Part shown: one piece after another, positions 37,274 to 50,420 of the stretch
How positions within the stretch are numbered: the stretch's first letter is position 1
Layout of the letters: every line of letters starts with the position of its first letter
NCBI RefSeq assembly: GCF_018350175.1
Contig: NC_058368.1
Coordinates: forward strand, 231,634,001 to 231,698,000
Length of the DNA: 64,000 nucleotides
Direction of reading: 5' to 3'
Source of the DNA: Felis catus
Lineage: Eukaryota
Program-made: the position numbers and the translations under genes
The notes under the pieces: generated by a model
What the model was told of the DNA's origin: nothing
What the model saw: the letters and a program-made list of their open reading frames with translations, nothing else
Database searches by the model: none

Positions 37274-39960
37274 TATTCTCTTGAAGGTGTTCCAAAAAAT
37301 AGAAATGGAAGGAAAACTTCCAAACTCTTTCTATGAAGCCAGCACTACCTTGATTCCAAAACCAGACAGAGACCCCACTAAAAAAGGAGAACTATAAACC
37401 AATTTCCCCGATGAACATGGATGCAAAAATCCTCAACAAGATATTAGCCAACCGGCTCCAACAATACATTAAAAACATTATTCACCATGACCAAGTGGGA
37501 TTTATACCTGGGATGCAGGGCTTGTTCAATATCTGCAAAAACAATTAATATGATTCATCACATCAATAAAAGAAAGGACAAGAACCATATGATCCTCTCA
37601 ATAGATGCAGAGAAATCATTTGACAAAATACAGTATCCTTTCTTGATAAAAACCCTGAAGAAAATAGGGATAGAAGGAGCATACCTTGAGATCATAAAAG
37701 CCATATATATGAACGACCCAACGCTAACATCATCCTCAATGGGGAAAAACTGAGAGCTTTCCCCCTCAGGTCAGGAACAAGACAAGGATGTCCACTCTCA
37801 CCACTGTCATTCAACATAGTATTGGAAGTCTTAGCCTCAGCAATCAGACAACACAGAGAAATAAAAGGCATCCAAATCGTCCAGGAGGAGGTCAAACTTT
37901 CACTCTGCGCAGATGACATGATACTCTATATGGAAAACCCAAAAGATTCCACCAAAAAACTTCTAGAATTGATTCATAAATTCAGCAAAGTTGCAGGATA
38001 TAAAATCAATGCACAGAAATCGGTTGCATTCCTATACACCAACAATGATGTGACAGAAAGAGAAATCAAGGAATCGATCCCATTTACAGTTGCACAAAAA
38101 ATGATAAAATACCTAGGAATAAATCTAACCAAAGAGGTGAAAAATCTATACACTGAAAACTATAGAAAGCTTATGAAAGAAATTGAAGACACAAAAAAAT
38201 GGAAAAAGATTCCATGCTTCTGGATAGGAAGAACAAATATTGTTAAAAATGTCGATACTACCCAAAGCAATCTACATATTCAATGCAATCCCTATCAAAA
38301 ATAACACCAGCATTCTTCACAGAGCTAGGATAAATAATCCTAAAATTTGTATGGAACCAGAAAAGACCCCGAATAGCCAAAGCGATCTTGAAAAAGAAAA
38401 CCAAAGCAGGAGACATCACAATCCCAGACTTCAAGCTATACTACAAAGTTGTAATCATCAAGACAGTATGGTACTGGCACAAGAACAGACACTCAGATCA
38501 ATGGAACAGAATAGAGAACCCAGAAATGGACCCACAAACATATGGCCAACTAATCTTTGACAAAGCAGGAAAGAATATCCAAAGGAATAAAGACAGTTCC
38601 TTCAGCAAGTGGTGCTGGGAAAACTGGACAGCGACATGCAGAAGAATGAACCTGGACTACTTTCTTATACCATACACAAAAAGAAACTCAAAATGGATGA
38701 AAGACCTCAATGTAAGACAGGAAGGCATCAAAATCCTCAAGGAGAAAGCAGGCAAAACCTCCTTGATCTTGCCCGCAACAACTTGTTACTCAACACGTCT
38801 CCGGAGGCAAGGGAAACAAAAGCAAAAATGAACTACTAGGACCTCATCAAAATAAAAAGTTTCTGCACAGCGAAGGAAACAATCAGCAAAACTAAAAGGC
38901 AACTGATAGAATGGGAGAAGATATTTGCAAACGACATATCAGATAAAGGGTTAGTATCCAAAATCTATAAAGAACTTATCAATCTCAACACCCAAAAAAC
39001 AAATAATCCAGTGAAGAAATGGGCAAAAGACATGAATAGACACTTCTCCAAAGAAGACATCCACATGGCCAATCGACACATGAAAAAAATGCTCAACATC
39101 ACTCATCATCAGGGAAATATAAATCAAAATCACAATGAGATACCACCTTACACCTGTCACAATGGCTAACATTAACAACTCAGGCAACAACAGATGTTGG
39201 CAAGGATGCGGAGAAAGAGGATCTCTTTTGCATTGTTGGTGGGCAGGCACTCTGGAAAACAGTATGGAGGTTCCTCAAGAAACTAAAAACACAATTACCC
39301 TATGACCCAGCAATTGCACTACCAGGCATTTATCCACGGGATACAGGTGTGCTATTTCAAAGGGACACATGCACCCCCATGTTTACAGCAGCACTATCAA
39401 CAATAGCCAAAGTATGGAAAGAGCCCAGATGTCCATCGAGGGATGAATGGATAAAGAAGATGTGGTATATATATAAAGAATGGAGTATTCCTCGGCAATC
39501 AAAAAGAATGAAATCTTGCCATTTGCAACTATGTGGATGGAACTGGAGGGTATTATGCTAAGTGAAATTAGTCAGAGAAAGACAAAAATCATATGACTTC
39601 ACTCATATGAGGACTTTAAGAGACAAAACAGATGAACATAAGGGAAGGGAAACAAAAAATATATATAAAAAATATATAAATATATATATAATATATATAT
39701 TATATATATATATAAAAAATATATAAAAAATATATAAAATATATATAAAATACATATAAAAATAGGGAGGGGCACAAAACAGAAGAGACTCATAAATATG
39801 GAGACCAAACTGAGGGTTACTGGAAGGGTTGCGGGAGGGGGGATGGGCTAAGTGGGTAAGGGGCAGTAAAGAATCTACTCCTGGAATCATTGTTGCACTA
39901 GATGCTAACTAATTTGGGTGTAAATTAAAAAAAATTAATAATAAAAATAAATAAATAAAC
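37274..39960 (+). mobile_element. 5'-truncated LINE-1 with frameshifted ORF2 (RT to C-terminus)
   Basis: ORF pieces 37487-38831 ([33 protein letters not shown]) with several frameshifts and stops; degenerate TSD AAA(T/C)AA(G/A)TCTAT. Confidence 0.95.
39655..39762. repeat. AT-rich low-complexity expansion within the L1 3'UTR
   Basis: Units such as AAAAATATAT(AT)n. Confidence 0.9.
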
Positions 39961-40514
39961 AAATCTATATTTTTTTTGTCAATTAATCTGTGTTTTTTTC
40001 TGGTTTGTCAGTACACACGTTATTTTACTTGGTTGATTTTTTCTTATTCATGAGAATAGTCAGTCTGATCTTCCTAAAATTATGAAGGTTTTATGATCCA
40101 ATAAGTTAACAATACTTCCACACATTGTTAAAGATTACAAAAAGTAATTTGTGCTCAACTAAATTGAGTCATTATTCTAACAAACTTTTAATATCAATAG
40201 TAATTATGTTTTGTAGTGTGTCAGCTCAAACATAATTTGCAAGGTCTTCAGGTAACTTAAAGACTTAAACTAATATTAAATTGAGCTAATTAACAATAAT
40301 TCTTGGATACCTCGATATTTTCTGTGTAATATGGAATCCTGGAATATTAGTATGTAAGCATAATTTTAAGGTTCATGTTTCTATATGCTGTAGGAGTCTA
40401 TATCTTCGGGTCATGTTAATGAATGGGTTTACTTTTGCCACTTTAGAAAAATATGAAAGGGATGGGTGTGGCTGTAGAATATGTGTAAAACATACTCACA
40501 AGCTATGTTATTCT

Positions 40515-40723
40515 TTTCTTTTTTAATTTTATTTATTTATTTTGAAATAAAGAGAAGACACAAGTGGGGAGAGACAGAGAGAGAGAGAGGAAGAGAGAGA
40601 GTCCCAAGCAGGCTCCACACTCAGTGTGGAGCCTAACACAGTGCTCGATCTCATGGTCGTGAGATCATGACCTGAGCCAAAATCAAGAGTCTCTCACTTA
40701 ACTGACTTACCCACCCAGGTGCC
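40515..40723 (-). mobile_element. Can-SINE (older subfamily)
   Basis: TSD AG(C/T)TATGTTATTCT. Confidence 0.9.
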
Positions 40724-40848
40724 ACATAAGTTATGTTATTCTGCCTAAACATTGCAAAATGATGGACAGTTCTCAATCACATACCCTCTAGTTTGTGAAG
40801 TAGGAGATTTTCATATTGGTCCATGCTATAATTAATATACAGGGTTGA

Positions 40849-41078
40849 GGGGCACCTGGGTGGCTCAGTCGGTTGAGTGTCTGACTCTTGATTTTGGCTC
40901 AGGTCATAATCCCAGGGTCGGGATCGAGCCTCACATTGGGCTCAGTGCTGAATGCGGAGCCTTCTTGAGATTCTCTCTCTCTGTCTCTCTCTTTCTCCCT
41001 CTGCCCCTCTCCCCCACTCACATGCTCTCTCACTCTCTAAAACAAAAAATTAAAAGAAAAAAAGAAAAAAAGAAAAAA
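40849..41078 (+). mobile_element. Can-SINE (older subfamily)
   Basis: Head, CT tract and A tail; flanking GGTTGAG repeat. Confidence 0.9.
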
Positions 41079-42794
41079 CTACACGTGGTTGAGACCATAC
41101 TACAAACAATAATGATAAAGAAATGCAAATGAATATGTGGCTTTGTTTTATAAGGAAAAAGAATAATTTTGTTCTAATATAAGTGTCCATTTGTTCTAGA
41201 ATGCAAAAGAGCTTCATAAAAGACAAGACCTGGAAAATAAATTTTATTTGCCTTGATTTACAACAGCTGAATCTGAAAAGAAGGCTTAAAATAAGTTAAA
41301 ATTTTAGCTAAGTTTGCTCATTTTTGTTGGGTTTATTTCACTGCTTTGCAGATTAATACCATTATTTACAAGATGAAAATGTGTACTTTCTGTAAAATCT
41401 GTCTACATAGCAGAGAACCTGGGCCCACCAGAACAATTTTCTGTGCTTTATGTTGACTTTATTATGTCCTTGATTGTTTAAAAGAAAAATCCAAAGAACA
41501 AAGCTCTCTTACTTGTGAAAGAGCTAAGGTTCTTTATGAGTGTATTACCTTTTATGTGTATTTCAAAATATTTTGTTGTCACTTTGATTAAATAGGTCAC
41601 CGTGCAGTTGATTCTCAAGCACCTGTGATCCAACCAAAATCAAGTGTCCCAGCTCTCCTCTGACAACTCTTTTGACTTTGCCTTACCAAGACTGGATCCT
41701 ATATTTAGAAAAAAATAGAAGAAAATTTTCGGGATATCTTTTACACCTAAAACTGTCTTGGAAATTTCCCAAAGGCCCAGAGCAATCACAAAGATTTACT
41801 TTTTACCATATAAAAAGAGAAATACAAAATAATTAAGTTTGTTTAATGTGTTAGGTATCTCTTAAATTAGTTCAACACTATTGCAAGAGCTACAGGGGGA
41901 AAGTCATCAAATTAGAAGAGTGTTTAGCCTTCGCTTGCATTTGTTGAGGTGCAGAGTTATTAATATAAATATTTCAGAAAGTCTATGCCCTATGAGAAGA
42001 CTCTGGGGGTTGGTTTGACTCTCAGGGGCCACATTGATCAAACCCTTATGAAATAATTATGCATTATACTCCAACAAGGAGTTTATCCTGCTGCATTCTG
42101 ATATTATTGATGACAGCAGTAAATTAACCACAATCATTAAGTGTTCGTCATCTGCAGATAATTTTTGTTTTGTTCCAGTGCTTGCCCGAGGCCTTCTCAT
42201 AAGGTACAGGCCAACAGTTTTGCCTTTAGTCTTAGATCCTCATGGAAAGGACTATAGCAGATGCTTCTAAGTATAGACACTTGGGGACAGGTGTCTGAGG
42301 AGATACTGTAGATACTAACTGTGCCACCAATTTGAGACAGGGTCCCCTGGTTTCTTCGTGGTCTGGAAGCAGATGGCTTCCAAAAGCAGGCTGGTTACCT
42401 ATGATCCAGCAGAACAAGAGACCGAAGGAACCAGGACAGAAATTTTTTTGTGATTAGCTGTTTGGAATTTTCTTGATGTTTTGTTAATGCTCTATTTTTT
42501 TATGTATATGTTAAGAAGCACTTTGTCTTTCTTTCTGAATCATTCCTAAGAACATTTAGTTAAGTAGACTCTGCTTTTGTAAAAGGAAGTGAAACATTTT
42601 TAAATTATATCTGATTCTCGCTGATCCCCCCCCCCCAAATTTACCAACTCTTAACAAGTCCCTTTACCTCTCATGGCAAAATAGTTGTTTACCTAGGTTT
42701 AATATAAATCTAGCCACCTTTTGACCAGAATATAATTGAACTGTGTAACCAAGGCCGTTGAAGGATTGTCATGTTTGAAAAGAATTCTTGTTTA

Positions 42795-43020
42795 GGGGCA
42801 CCTGGGTAGCTCAGCAAGTTAAGCATCTGACTCTTGATTTGGGCTCAGGTCATGATCTCATGGTTCGTGAGTGAGATCAAGCCCCACGTTGAGCTCTGCA
42901 CTGTCCGCGTGGAGCCTGCTTGGGATTCTCTCTCTCCCTCTCTCTCTGCCCCTCCCCTGCTTTCTCTCTCTCTCTCTCTCAAAATAAATAAATAAACATT
43001 AAAAAAAAAGAAAAAAGAAA
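42795..43020 (+). mobile_element. Can-SINE
   Basis: TSD AAAGAATTC(T/C)TGTTTA. Confidence 0.92.
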
Positions 43021-44310
43021 GGAAAGAATTCCTGTTTAATCAGGAATAACAACCAATTTTAAAGAAAAAAAGGTTATCTTTTAGGGTTAACTTGGCTTAG
43101 GGTCCAGGCCTTGCAGATGGTGAGGAGGTCATTTCCTGGCAGACCATGAACCCTAGGAAGTTTGAAAGCCCTTGAAGGGTAGAATTCACCGGTGTTTGCA
43201 GGTGCTGTCACATCTGGTGGACAGTTTCTTGGAAGTGGTTTCCTAGCTTGAGGATAGCAAATGACAGAGGCTTTAAAAGATAAAATTCCATCTCCTTATG
43301 AAAACGTCCATACAGAATTTAATTCCGTGGCCTCGGTAGTAACTCGGAATGGCGTGGTTCTCAATTTACAAAGCAAATATATGGTTAATTAGCATTCCTG
43401 CAACACTCACAGAAATAAGCAGGCCAAACCCAAAGAGACCAGCATTTTTGTGATCAGGCGTAATTCTAGGGGATGGTGTTTATGATCTCCAGGGCAAGCT
43501 TCTTGGGAAAAATTTTTGAAAGAAAATGGGCAGCAGATTACAGATTGTCGTTTTAACAGAATTTTGGAAATTTTCTAGCGGATCCTTCAGGTTTAGCTCA
43601 TTCCACAGGGGCTGTGCCTTTCATTGTCTTTGACTAGACTAGACTGCAGCTCTGTAAATTGTGGAAAACTAGCAGAAATGCAAACTAATTTTGTCCAGTG
43701 GTGATACAATTGATTTCTCCACTCCAAAACGAAATGATCCAAGCCTCATTACAAAGATTACATATTGTGCCTAGTTTTGCATCTATTAGAAATTCATTTC
43801 GGTATTTTTGATGTTTTAGAGAGATCTGTTTTTCACGTTCTTCTCTGATTCAGTTAAATACGTGCATTTAATATTTGTACAGCGGTCATGATTTGTGAAT
43901 TTGAAAGTGATCCTTTTGAAATATGGCCCTTTAACCCTTTGTAAGGAAACAAGGGCTTCAGGGTAATGGGCTGGTAGTACAGGGAATAAGTGGCCAGACC
44001 GGAGCACTCTGGTGTCCTAAATCATAATCTGGTGATTCTGTCTGGTTCGTATCACTCATTCAATGCCGAGCAGCTCACTGAACTTGCTAGTTAGTCCCTG
44101 CCTGGAGCACTTTTTCAATAATTCTGCTTTTGAGGCATTCAGGATCGGGGTAAGGCATCATAAACTTTGAAATTAACCCGCCTGACCAATCCCTTTGCTC
44201 ATCAAAACAACCCAAGGTGGAAATTACAGGAAGATAATACTGAACAAGATTTTATACACATCTTAGCTAAAAATTCCCCAGTGGGAGTTCTGTGTTCAAG
44301 AAAAAAAAAT

Positions 44311-44435
44311 GGGGGCTCCCAAGTGGCTCAATGGTCTAAGCGTCCGACTCTTGGTAACAGCTCAGGTCGCGATCATGCCCGTCGTGAGCTCCAGCCCTAT
44401 ATTGGGCTCCACGCTGAGTGTGGAGCCTGCTTGGG

Positions 44436-44477
<42 letters not shown>

Positions 44478-44534
44478 CCTCCCCCACTTGCTGTCTCTCA
44501 AAATGAATAAACTTTTTTTTTTCTTTAAAGAAAA
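44311..44534 (+). mobile_element. Can-SINE (diverged)
   Basis: Diverged head, GGAGCCTGCTTGGGATTCTCTC, (CT)n. Confidence 0.88.
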
Positions 44535-45277
44535 AGTGTGTGTTAAGTGAAAGGCTTGAGGCTGTAACACGAAGGCCGATATAGGAAAACAGAGAAGAAA
44601 ACTAGGCCAGAGAGAAGAGGGTGTGAAAGAAAAGCAAGTGGCCTGTAGAGCTATGTGCACTCTGGACTGATTTTCTGCCATTGCCAAAGCTAACCTTGGC
44701 TGACGGGACACCGAATGACAGGGACGCAGACTCCCCTGCTATTGTGAGAGTCGGCCCATTCAACCCCGCCCTCAAGACTGAAGATGTATTCACCCTCATG
44801 TCAAATACACTCTGAAAATGCCAGAATAGACAGCGTTCCTAACACCACAGAGTGTTTGAAAAAAGGTTTCCAATCTCGAATGTGTGCCTGTGGGTCCTGA
44901 TCCTGCGTTGGAGTCATTTTAAACCGAATTCTCTTTCCTTTGTTTCCATGGGAAACTACCAACCGTAATATTCTGACACCTTAAGCCTTCCCAGGTTGAA
45001 GCTGGGAGAAATGAGGGCATTGTAAGATCATCCGCAGTATACCGCCACATCTTTAATGCACAATTAGTCAAGGACCCAATTAGTGTGCAAGTAAAACTAA
45101 ACCTATGGTTAATTAAAACAACTGGACGGTGACGCTGAGAGCGGGCAGTTTAGGTACCTTAGGACATTGACGTTAGGAAGTTTGGTCCATTAAGAGTTGC
45201 TCATAACCATTTTAAAGTTTGTTCTTTGGACAAGAGTTTGTGCAGAACAATTACTAGTTATTAAAAGAGGCATTTTA

Positions 45278-45489
45278 GGGGCGCCTGGGTGACTCAGTCA
45301 GTTGAGTGTCTGACCCTTGATTTTGGCTCAGGTCATGATCCCAGGTTCGTGGGGTAGAGCCCCACATTGGACTCTGCACTGAGTAGGGAGCCTGCTCGAG
45401 AGGTCTCCTCTCTCTCTCTTTCTCTCTCCCTCAGCCCCTCTCCCCCACCCATGCTCTCTCTTTCTCTCTCTAAAAAAGAAAATTAAAAT
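45278..45489 (+). mobile_element. Can-SINE (older subfamily)
   Basis: TSD AGGCATTTTA. Confidence 0.9.
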
Positions 45490-45584
45490 AGGCATTTTAG
45501 CATCTTGGCTCAAAGTTGAGTTGCTTAACTAAAATGTGCTCTCTACCTTCCTGTGGAGGAGATTATTATTAATATCCTATTCTT

Positions 45585-45800
45585 GGGGTGCCTGGGTGGC
45601 GCAGTCGGTTAAGCGTCCGACTTCAGCCAGGTCACGATCTCGCGGTCCGTGAGTTCGAGCCCTGCGTCGGGCTCTGGGCTGATGGCTCGGAGCCTGGAGC
45701 CTGTTTCCGATTCTGTGTCTCCCTCTCTCTCTGCCCCTCGCCCGTTCATGCTCTGTCTCTCTCTGTCCCCAAAATAAACGTTGAAAAAAAATTAAAAAAA
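45585..45800 (+). mobile_element. Young SINEC_Fc-type SINE
   Basis: GGCGCAGTCGG / TCAGCCAGG / CTGGGCTGATGG diagnostics; perfect TSD AATATCCTATTCT at 45571-45583 and 45801-45813. Confidence 0.96.
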
Positions 45801-47063
45801 AATATCCTATTCTGTATAGAGTCCCTGGGGGTCAAATGGAAATGTGGCATGTAGAGTGAGTGAGGGACTCAGAAAAGATCATTTGTATCAGATGTTTCTG
45901 TATCCTTCAAAAAGGGCATATTTAAACATTAGGAAAAACAAGATGTAAATTCAGATTTACACACCTGTATTGAGCACCAATGGTATGCTGAGTCTCCATA
46001 TTAAGACAATTCCATTGTGCTATGAAAATATATTATATATTCTCATCAAAACAATAGATTGACCAGAAATAACCAGAGGATCACCAAATGCTGGATCTGG
46101 AAGGATCACTAGACGTCATCTAGCCAACTTTGTGAACTTTTTCTTAAGAGGAGAGCTAGGTAAAGGATGCTTTGGTGTCTTATGAAACCTGTGAATGCTT
46201 TCTGTAAAAAAAAAATACATATGCAAACATATTTCAAAGTTTACCAAATTTTACCAGAACTCATGAGGTAATCCATGTATCTCAGGTTAAAAAGCCCTTA
46301 ATTCAGTTGCCTCAACCTATATGTAAGAAACCAGACTTGACGTGGTCTGGGGCACTGAGACAATTACTGGAGAGTGTGGACGGCGATTCTGAGTCCAGCT
46401 CAAGTCTTGTCACCCTGCACACCCTCAGCGTTTCTGGACTGTTCAGAGTTGGGTGTTTCGCTCACCTCTGTCGGGTTGCTTTAATCAATCAGCAGACAAC
46501 GTATTTTAAAGATAGCATTGTATTCCTGCCCCTCTGTGACAGTTGTATAACAGCTCACTGAAAGCTACTCTATGGCATTTTGTATGTAAGGACACATCCA
46601 ATCAATATCGCGTCAGGCTGTGACCTGCCCTGCTTATTCTTCTAAAGAGCTAATGGGCAATCTTCTCTAACCTAGAGGAAACGGCTATCTCAATCTGATT
46701 GCCAATTGGGGGGGTTAATTTGGTAATTTTGTATTTGATCACTGCTTTTGGAAGTACTCCAGCTCTCTGCAATCACACCGAAAAGGAATTGAGATGAGTT
46801 ATGTGCTGTTTCCAATGATGAAAGTGGCAAAGTGACCATTTTCTCGCTAATTATCACGTAAATCGTGTTACATCTATTGCTGGGTCTTTGTGATGGAGAC
46901 TTCTGGTCTTCACCAATATTGGGCTCTTTTTTCTCTTGGGTGATTGGGTGGATTAAACTTCCCAGTCTCGTAGGAATTAAGGGGGACCTGTCTGGTCAAT
47001 GATTTCAAGTGGACACGACGAGGGCCATTTTCAGGCCCAAGCATTTAAAATCTGGGTAATGGA

Positions 47064-47271
47064 GGGGCGCCTGGGTGGCTCAGTGGGTTAAGCGTCCCAC
47101 TTCGGCTCACGGTCCTGATCTCATGGCTTGTGAGTTCGAGCACCGCTTCAGGCTCTGTGCTGACAGCTTAAATCCTGGAGCCTGCTTGGGATATACTGTG
47201 TCTGCCACCTCTCTCTGCCCCTCCCCCACTCATGCTCTGTCTCTCTCAAAAGTAAATACACATGAAAAAAA
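47064..47271 (+). mobile_element. Can-SINE with a long TSD
   Basis: AAGCATTTAAAATCTGG(G/C)TAATGGA at 47039-47063 and 47272-47296. Confidence 0.92.
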
Positions 47272-47418
47272 AAGCATTTAAAATCTGGCTAATGGAAAAG
47301 AGTTTAATAACGGCGTGGGCTGGGTTTTAAGAAATCAACAGGGGATGGTGGTACACTCTAGGATTGGTCACACTGGGGAGGTGTTAGGACATCTAGGCTT
47401 TAAAAGGCAAGAGAAGAA

Positions 47419-47640
47419 GGGCGCCTGGGTGGCTTAGTCGGTGAGGCGTCTGACTCTTGATTTTGGCTCAGGTCATGATCTCACAGTTCGTGGCACTGAG
47501 CCCCGAGTCAGGCTCTGTGCTGATGGTGTGGAGCCTACTTGAGATTGTCTCTCTCCCTCTCTCTCTCTCTGCCCCTCTCCTCCTCATGCGTGCACTCTCT
47601 CTCAAAATAAATAAATAAACATAAAAAATAATAATAAAAT
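47419..47640 (+). mobile_element. Can-SINE
   Basis: Flanking TAAAAG(G/A)CAAGAGAAG duplication. Confidence 0.92.
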
Positions 47641-49169
47641 AAAAGACAAGAGAAGGACGGTTACCAGAACCTACAGAGAGAGGGAAAGAGAGAGCAAGCT
47701 TGGGTCCTCAGAAGAGGGATACAGCAGGAATAACATGGAGACTGAGTGCCGGCGTAACACCTGAAGCCACTCCAGTTCTGCCCTTAGACCTCCTGCGGGT
47801 GTTCTCCATTGGTCAAGTGCAACGAGGACAAGATCACATCGGTCAGACTTCCACCGCTCCAGAACATGCTGGAGAATGCTGGTGAAGGGCTCTGGAAGGG
47901 CAAGCGGCAATGTCCAGCCCAGACACCCTTTGTGTGGTCTTCCCCTGCAGCAGCCATTATGGAGACTCAGGCTCACAGCAGTTGGAAGGCTGAGCCCCCA
48001 CGTGGAGGACAGGGCTCCCAAAGGGTCGCTGGACCCACTAACAACTCTGCATGAACAAGAAATGCTCCCGTTGTGTTAAGCCAGTGAGATTTTATTGTTG
48101 TTTGCACTTGACTGATAAGACAACCTCTCTGAACTTGCTGGGGAGGCCTTTTGATGTTCTTCCTGTTAATGTGCGGAGACAATAATTCCTCCAACGGCTG
48201 GATGGAGAAGTGAAATGCATCTCCTTGTTTCTCTGTGGATTTGCTAAGCTTTATTAGCCCACAAGGGGATTTTGTTACTGGCTCAACGTAACCACAAGTC
48301 TCCAATGAGTCGTGTGGTCAATAATCTTCTTCATTCCTTTTGGAATCTTTCAGTACGTGGATATTTAATGCATAAAACGTGCATATGCCGTATGTGATCA
48401 ATAATTCGAACTTTGCCCAGTGTCAGCCACAGCACTGTGCCACGATCAATTTTTCAGAGTTATTGATCACCCTTTTATCCACTTAACCCCTGGCCTTCTT
48501 TGGAAGCAGCCTTCAGCACAGGGGTCTACACTCCAGTGGGGATTACTGTGCCGGGTCGTTCTCCAACGTTGACATCACGTTTTTCAAAAGCAGCTCTTGT
48601 ATTGACGACATGGTGGCCACAACTTAATAGCCTGTGAGTTCTTTCTCCTGGTTCATTCTTTTTACATTCCTACACCAGTCTTCCAAGAAAAATTCTATGT
48701 CTGTCAGACCTGTTCCTGCATCTTTTAGGATGCAGATCTTTGAATCTGGAGAATGGATTGAGAGAAGAAAGCTTGGGAAGTAGGGAGAGAGAGAAAAGAT
48801 TTCATTCAAGAGCTTCAGTTTACCTTCATACAAAACTGAAGAGCAGGATATGGGAAGAGGGTATAAGGAAAGTGGGGCCAGGCTGGGGATGGGGGCGCAT
48901 TTTTCGTATCTGATATTTGAGAAGCTCTGGAGAAGCTGTGAATGTGGGAGATGTGTGGAGGAGTGGAGGGGTTTGAGAGTTTTTTCTGAGTATTATGGCT
49001 GAGTTCTTCCATAATGTTGAGCGCCACATATGTTTGGAAACCCCTTTGAAACTACTTCAAATCGCTGGATTATGGTTTTGCAACTTCAAACCAACGCTGA
49101 GGTGGTATCACCTGAGATCCTTGGATTGACTTGTTTTAAAAAACTTGGTTTATGTGCCAGAACACCTCT

Positions 49170-50420
49170 CTTTTCAAAATTAAGCATTTAGATAACTTCA
49201 TCTTCTACTTCACAGAAGAATAAAAAGCCAGAGGAAGAGCAACTGCCTCAATTTTCCTCCACCAACCTAGAAACTCACCTGCAACGGCCTGCGTCCTTCC
49301 TTTCCTCCCTTCCTCCCGTTACGGTGGAAGACATGTCTCATACCGCCATCCACAGCACATCCCTCCACCCTGTTCTGGATTCATCCCAGTCCTTAAGGAC
49401 CTCGTGACACCAGTTACCTCCTTGATGATCTGAATCGTCTGCTTTGTCCTCTCCACTGGTCTCTTCGGATCAACATTGTCTTCTGTTTAAAACAAATTTT
49501 CTTACAATTCTCTACCACTCCATTTCTTGCTTCTCTTTTTTTAGTCCAACTTCTTAAGAGAGATGTCTTACTTGTTTCCCCTACTTCCTCACCCTGTCCT
49601 CACCTTTCCTTAATACACTTTAGGCTGATCTCTGCCCCCACCAGTCCACTAAAAACACTCTCATTAAGGTCCCTGATGGTATCTGCTTTGCAAAATCCAA
49701 CGCTCACACTTCCACCTTGCTCCACGTCTCAGCAGCGTTTGGCACCTTGGATTATACCCGCTATCTTGAAATCTTCTCCGTTAGCTCTCATAACACTGAA
49801 TTTGCCTGGTCTTCTTTCTCTCTGGCTATGGACTTAGTCTCTTGTGTATATTCTTCTGCTGTCCTGCTCCTTAAAAATAATCTTTCTTGGAATTCGTCCC
49901 TAAATTTTCAATCTATACACTTACCGTGGGTGTTGTCAGACTCAGCGACCTCCATCTGCATTCATATATTGATGATGATTTCCAAATCTGTGTTGCTAAC
50001 AAAATCTCCCCCTTGAGATGCAGACCGATACATCCAATCATTACTATCTCCAACAGTCACTTAGTATCCCCTCCCATTGCAAACACAACATGTCTAAATC
50101 GGGACTCATTTTATATGAGATTGCATATCTCATGCTCGGCCACAATATCTCACACTCTGCACTTTACTGAATGGTTATCATCCATCCTGTTGTCCAAAGC
50201 CATTGTGATCCCCACTGACTGTTTCTCCCCCTGCTCTAGTTACCAATTCCTGTCAATAACACCTACTCTTTCCTAGGATTCATCCACTTTTCTCCAACCC
50301 CACTGCACTATCCAACGCCAGGCCACTGCCTCTCTCACCAGAGTTCCTACAGTGTCTGCCCACGGCCTTTTTCAACCAAGTCATTCTCTAGTCTGTACCT
50401 GGAATGAGTTTCCACTAACA
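49170..50420 (-). mobile_element. L2 fragment
   Basis: Pyrimidine-rich L2-like motifs (CTCTCATTAAGGTC, TCTCAGCAGCGTTTGGCAC, GATGATTTCCAAATCT, ACAACATGTCTAAA). Confidence 0.75.

Larger units (their letters stand above)
35600..43750 (+). mobile_element. Degenerate ERV1 (MER4-group-like) internal sequence, interrupted by two L1s and three SINEs
   Basis: AT-rich non-coding blocks resembling recalled MER4-group internal consensus, clearest at 41400-41850 and 43090-43450. The 5' extent is uncertain and no flanking LTRs were identified. Confidence 0.5.

Noticed and set aside
36331..39960. Single twin-primed L1
   Set aside because: Both pieces have their own 3' tails, and the left one has its own perfect TSD.
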